A DNA stretch of 63,957 nucleotides, counting the filler, from Intoshia linei (lineage: Eukaryota; Animalia; Orthonectida): the NCBI GenBank assembly GCA_001642005.1. It is 9 parts of 9 records of this genome, joined end to end, with 100 filler letters (N's around TTAATTAATTAA, not from the genome) between each part and the next. Parts side by side here need not be neighbours in the genome. Positions count along the whole stretch, not along the records: positions 53,928 to 59,055 come from LWCA01001827.1; positions 59,156 to 60,830 come from LWCA01002528.1; positions 60,931 to 62,495 come from LWCA01002562.1; positions 62,596 to 63,957 come from LWCA01002650.1; 5 more parts are not named here. One strand, given 5' to 3'. The notes beneath the pieces were generated by a model that worked only from the letters and a program-made list of their open reading frames with translations, did no database searches and was not told the origin of the DNA. Below, in pieces: positions 58,123-63,957 of this stretch; position 1 is the stretch's first letter; the number at the start of each line of letters is the position of its first letter. A program made the translations under genes and the position numbers.

Positions 58123-59998
58123 GTATATTTATTTTTTATTTATTTTCGAAACGCGTGTCTAAATTCACGTCATTTGGGACGCAACGTATAATTACATTTA
58201 GTTTATTTTCAATGTCATTTCTGCAATTTTAGATTATACTTTAATTATAATTGACATTATAATTGCTTTTCTATTATTTAATTACTCCATTTGCAGGTTT
58301 TGCAGTTAAAGTTAAGTTTTTTGATTTTTTAGATATATTTATTAATTTGAAGCACATGTACAATGTCACGTTTTTAAAAACGCAGACAATCTGGGAACGA
58401 TAACATGAGCTATAACTAGGTGTAACTTTAATAAATTAAATAAGGTTTCAGATTTAAATTAGTCGATTGCAATGTACAATTAATATTCAACTTCATGACT
58501 GGCCCAATATAAAAATAACTTCATATACGGTATATCAAGGCATTATGGGTTCATCCCGGATTAATATATTCAGAAATAATTTAATTTTGACGCGCATACA
58601 AGAACAAGTCTAGAGATAAACATGAATGATTTATATAATATGGAAGGTGATTTTAAACATATACATTTGGTTTTTACTAAAGGACAATGTATTGTATTTA
58701 CGCGTACGTACGTAACATGTACGTTTAAAAATAAGTTAAAGTTGAAAATTGAAAAATTTATAAGAAAATTTTAATTTTAAGTAATTTACAGTATACATAA
58801 TGTGTATTTGAATAACACTGCCCAACACCAAAAACATGCAAGGATGATGAATACATCATCTTTTTCGTCTCAATGAACTGGTCAACGCTATAACAATATT
58901 ATTTTTCAATCACGTCCAGATTTTTTTTTAATTGACGGTAAAGTTACAAAAATGTCAAAAATAGGGGGTTTTCAAAGCCATCTTAAACACAATTAGAAAC
59001 ACCAACTATGTATTTTATGTAGCATCATACATATATAATATATTAATTAATGTCANNNNNNNNNNNNNNNNNNNNNNNNNNNNNNNNNNNNNNNNNNNNT
59101 TAATTAATTAANNNNNNNNNNNNNNNNNNNNNNNNNNNNNNNNNNNNNNNNNNNNCAAGCAGGTCATTTTAGTTAATTTTAAAAACGACATAGTGAATAT
59201 ATTGCTTAAAAGCAACGAATTTTCACTACGCGCAGTTAAAATTTAGATGTGTGTGGCACCCTAGTGTACATTGTACACATTTTACATTGTACAACTGTAA
59301 AATGTACACATTCCACAGTTATCCAATTATTGACTGATGGGATGGGTGTAGTAATAAGAAGAGTCGTGAGTACTAACTATGGGTCAAATAAAAATTAAAA
59401 AAAATTGGTTACTCTAGCCATAGTTTAACTTTACAAGTGTTATCCTGTTAGATTAAAAAAATATAAAAAATTTTTTCTAACCGCATTTGTTAATTTAGAA
59501 TATTAGGTCCATCATATAATACTATCCCTCCCAGTCAGCGATCTTTGTAATAATGATAAATATTGAACTGTAGTTTTTACATAAGTCTATATTGTATAAT
59601 TTAGCTAACTAACGGATTTGTCGTAGTTCTAAGCACTGATTTTACAATGATTTATGTGTCTGAAACTGTTTCTACATATTTAGGCCAATCTCAGGTTATT
59701 AATACTTTTAATTTCAAAATGTTCCAAATTGTTAACGTTTGACTTGAATTAATGTCCTTTTTATCTAAAATAAAATTATTTAATATTACTTTGATACCTT
59801 TAAATATGCCAAAATTGGAAATAGACCACATCGATTTGATATAAATTGATTTATTGTTAAAAAAATTCATGTCCACAAAATTGTTTTATATCAGTTTGAT
59901 AAAAAATGAATTAATTTTTGTGAGACTCAAACGATACATTTTACTGGCTTAATAAATAGTTATAGTTATGATTTTTTATTAGTATATTGTTTAAATAA

Positions 59999-60830
59999 CA
60001 CGGTACAACACTCCAAAAAATAGATTAATCAAATCTATATAATTATGATCTCATAATGATAATATAATGACTGATAAAATATTAATAGATAATAAGATCT
60101 AGTTTCAGAGATATAGGCCAATTAAAATTAACTAATCAAAATTGAGTTGCTATTTTGATATGAGATGAAATAAGTTTAAATTGAGTAATATGAATTGCAA
60201 CTGTCAATCAAAAAATTCAAATAAATTTTGTTGACTTTGCGGATCTTTTTTATTTAAGACAAAGAAAAAATATTTAATTAATGATACAAACAAATGTGGC
60301 GAATTTTATACAAAATTTTATGGTCGAATACCACATGGAAAATGGATTCCTAAATATATTTGCAATTTTTGTTATGTGAATTTGATAAAAAGTAAAAAAT
60401 ATTTCAATACTCCAAGAATATGGACTATACCAAATTGTAAAGGTGATTGTTATTATTGCTACGTATATGAAAATATTAATTTAAAAAAGGTGAACAACTG
60501 TAAGATTTACCCTACATTGCCATCATCAACAATTCCATATATCAATGAATCTAAAGAGGAGTTGACTACCTCATTATCTTATATCGATACAAGTAATTCT
60601 TCGTATTTATTAAATGATCCCAGCTTTATTAATTATCTCTATATATTATTAAATAAAATAAACTCATCATCCAAATATGAAGGATTTAAACCAAATTGTC
60701 ACTTTGGCAAATATGTCAAAAAATGTGAGTGAAAAAGTTGTTTCGAAGATAAAATCATGGGGTATTACTGACAGTTATGTCAGATCTACGTTACATCGTA
60801 TAAGAGGTGAGGAATACAGAAGTTTTTATG
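59999..60830 (+). mobile_element. Chapaev3-like (CMC) transposon left end with N-terminal zinc-binding region, inactivated
   Basis: TAA|CACGGTACAACA putative TIR. The ORF from 60190 reads MNCNCQSKNSNKFC*LCG...KWIPKYICNFC...FNTPRIWTIP...DCYYC...IYPTLPSS, matching the recalled FCYICG/WAPHxxC/PMIWREP/DCYFC/YPxLPSA pattern, with an in-frame TGA. Confidence 0.65.
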
Positions 60831-61611
60831 NNNNNNNNNNNNNNNNNNNNNNNNNNNNNNNNNNNNNNNNNNNNTTAATTAATTAANNNNNNNNNNNNNN
60901 NNNNNNNNNNNNNNNNNNNNNNNNNNNNNNGTTATCAATATAGCAGATTTTATTTTGGTGGTCTTTTTGTAATTTTTCAATTTTGTTATTACTCAGTTTT
61001 GATTTAATTTTATTATTGTTCAATTTATTCTTTAAATCTTGACACTAAAAGTTAACCATAGAACAGGATAATTTTGTTAAAACAGGAGTAGAGACTATTT
61101 TTGATTTTTTATCATTAAAAACAACATTTATCAAAACATTTTTCAAATATATTAACGCATATTAAAAATTTAAAAGATTTATTTATGTTTATAATTAAAA
61201 TTATTGATTCATGTATCAAAATTTACATTTAAATTAGTAGTACTGTTTTCTAAATTATTGTAAATTAAACCGGTCCGTTACTGATTTTTCGCATGTTTTA
61301 TTTTTCAAAAAAGGCCTCATGGTATGATATAATAAATTTTTAACTAATAAAAATAAAATAAGTAACATTAAATTATAGATTAAAATTTAGTCCCGCGACT
61401 CGCGGTTTTGATGAAAATCTTCTAAGGGTCGAATCTGTCTCGTGAGTGTTATCTGATTGGTTCTTATTTTAAACGATTCAATTTTATAATATAACTATGA
61501 TTACATAGTTAAACAAGGTTTAAAATAACATGTACCGGTTACTAAAGCGGGTCACACCTTCCAAAATATGATTCGCTTAATCTATTCTTAGTATTACTGT
61601 ATATATGTTGC

Positions 61612-62210
61612 ATAGAATGTGTACAACTGTGAAATGTACACATTCCACGGGCTAGTCGTATAGAATGTTTACAACTGTGAAATGTACACATTCCACCGGC
61701 AAGTCGTAGAATGTATTTGACTAAGAATGTGTCTTATACGCCAATTTAAAGTTAGATACATAATTGATGCTTTGCTAACAACGAATTTACCAATTCAGTT
61801 AAATTAACAAGCTCATGTTTATTTTTAAATTTATTTGTATTTGTAAAACTTTCATTTAATTAATATTAAACCATTTAATTACAATTTTTTTGAACCAAAC
61901 TTTCAAGAGGGGTTTTTAAGATTTTTAGAAAACAAAATAATTAATTAGTTATCAATGATTTCTGTGTCAAATATCGTGTTTTCAGTTATAAATATTATAT
62001 TTAATAAATTGAATTAATTATTTTTATCTTAACTATTTCATTATTAACGATTATTTTTAATTTTAATAATATATCCTGCGTTGTTACGTTAATCTGTAGT
62101 ACAGATTAAATTAAATACCGTATACTGTACGACTTATCCATAAAATGTGTACATTCTACGACTTGCCCGTGGAATGTGTACATTTCATAGTTGTACACAT
62201 TCTATACGAC
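61612..62210. mobile_element. MITE-like element with ~46-nt subterminal repeats in inverted orientation
   Basis: tagaatgtgtacaactgtgaaatgtacacattccacgggc is tandem at 61614-61715, with its reverse complement at 62145-62210. A related unit lies at 59265-59315. Confidence 0.65.
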
Positions 62211-63899
62211 ATATATAAAAAAACAGTTTAAACAGTATGAATACAAATTAACCAAATTTAATTAAGTCAAATCGATTAATGGACATGTAATTTTTAATTC
62301 ATTTTTGATATGAGTAAAATTACGTTTAATTTAATTTGGTTTATTTCAATTCCATTTTCTTCTTTTTTTTTACAATTGTAATTATTATTTTGATTAAATT
62401 TATTATTCTCAAATTTCAATTTCTCATTTTCTTTCTTTAATTCAACTATATTGTTGGTTACACTTTCAAATTGTGCATCCCTTTCCTTTATGAACNNNNN
62501 NNNNNNNNNNNNNNNNNNNNNNNNNNNNNNNNNNNNNNNTTAATTAATTAANNNNNNNNNNNNNNNNNNNNNNNNNNNNNNNNNNNNNNNNNNNNACTTC
62601 GTTTGTTAGAGCAACATTCAATGGAGGTATTGAAGAATAATTTTTTTAAGAAACCTAGACAACAATTACATTTTTTTGGTAGATTACATGCTGGTACACC
62701 CCTGACTGGCATTATAAAATTATATTGATGTTTAATAACATCAATATTAAATGACAGTGTTAATCATTTTAAATCGTTGAGTAGTCATATGTTTTTGTAA
62801 TAATATAAAAATCTAAAATCGTAAAGGTTAGTTTTAACTCATTTCTCATACTGTACGACCCTGAATTTTTATTTAGAAAAATGTTAACACCTTACTTTAC
62901 ATATTTATTATAATGTTATATTATTTGATTTTTACATATCCAGCGTTTAAAATCTTTTATTTTTAAATCGGTAAGTCATGATTCATTACTTAACTATAAT
63001 TAAATTTAAACCATTAGATATATACAGTAGATTTCTGCATCAGGTTTCAAAGCACGATTATGCACGATTCGAAAATCATCCAATGTTCACGGACGGATTA
63101 TTTTTATCATAACTTGATATTTATATTTACATGTTAATATTCATAAGTTCGTTTTCTTACTACTGTAGAACTATTACGAAAACAAATTTGAGTAAGTTTT
63201 CGGATCGACTATTTTAGTTGGTAATCCAAACTTTGCATTCAATTTTGAATTTGCATAGATGTAATAAACAGTTAAGGTTTACAATCAGCACCGACAAAGT
63301 AAATGCAATTAATTTTTTTTTATATTTAACCAAGCCGAGACCACACCATAATTCAAATAATAATTTCCCGTTCATAACCGCCAGCGACGTGAGTGTAACA
63401 CGGAGGTAACCCTTACCACTTTGAGGATCTATCTTATACTGTTTGCATGTGAAATGCAACTGTTTGAAAATAAAAATAAAATATTGATATACTATTCTAT
63501 CTAATTTTTTCATCTTTAAACAATGAAGAATTAACATTATAATTTATCACTCACTTTTTATTTTTAACGTAAATTTAGTAATTATTTATTTTCGTATATA
63601 AACCATGTAAAATATGATAAATTTTTCTTAAAAGTTTATAATGTTAATGTGCAAAGGGAATAAAAACATTATTATTTTAATATTCATATTAGGATTAAAA
63701 ACAATGTCATTCAGAAAATTTAATAGAGCTAGATCGACTAAACAAACCAATGAAGATGTTATAACGATTAATGCGAAATGTTTTAACGTTAGTGACCAAT
63801 TAATTTCAAATTCTGAACATTGAATACCTTGTCAATTTAATGCGTCACATTGTGCCTTTATTGTTGTTAAATTATGCAGTTTAATAAAATACAATTGAA

Positions 63900-63957
63900 C
63901 TAGGTTGACTGTTATGTACTACGTACAAACAGCACCTAGCTCTGCCGAGAGCACATT
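63900..63957 (-). mobile_element. Non-autonomous Helitron 3' end, runs off window
   Basis: a|ctaggttgactgttatgtactacgtacaaacagcacctagctctgccga. Confidence 0.75.

Noticed and set aside
62596-63823. Tropomyosin exons 8/9 or another gene
   Set aside because: No AExRAExAER-like exon found, and the exon-like pieces could not be joined into a consistent frame.

Overview
Very AT-rich, compact metazoan genomic DNA with many very short (about 37-50 nt) GT-AG introns. This style suggests a reduced-genome invertebrate such as the orthonectid Intoshia linei (inference only). Eight 100-nt N/TTAATTAATTAA/N spacers split the window into nine pieces, so adjacency across them is unproven. Genes read by manual splicing: an intronless VPS10/sortilin-type receptor; the 3' end of prohibitin-2; MRPS14 tail-to-tail with unkempt (stop codons 12 nt apart); two tandem RN-tre/USP6NL-like TBC RabGAPs; part of eIF4A3; a bifunctional PAM (PHM+PAL+TM); a Smad2/3-type R-Smad with a degenerate MH1 DNA-binding hairpin; THOC1; and tropomyosin. 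The most striking feature is in tropomyosin: three consecutive internal exons each occur twice with identical length and phase (118/118, 71/71, 76/76 nt), one canonical and one strongly divergent, pointing to a hidden mutually exclusive isoform set. Also present are an ~0.85-kb duplication linking the Smad and THOC1 3' ends, an abundant non-autonomous Helitron family, hAT/Buster elements and MITEs, a decayed gypsy-like element with a possible env-like ORF, and IS630/Tc1, Tigger and Chapaev3-like remnants. All family assignments come from recognising motifs; no database search was run.
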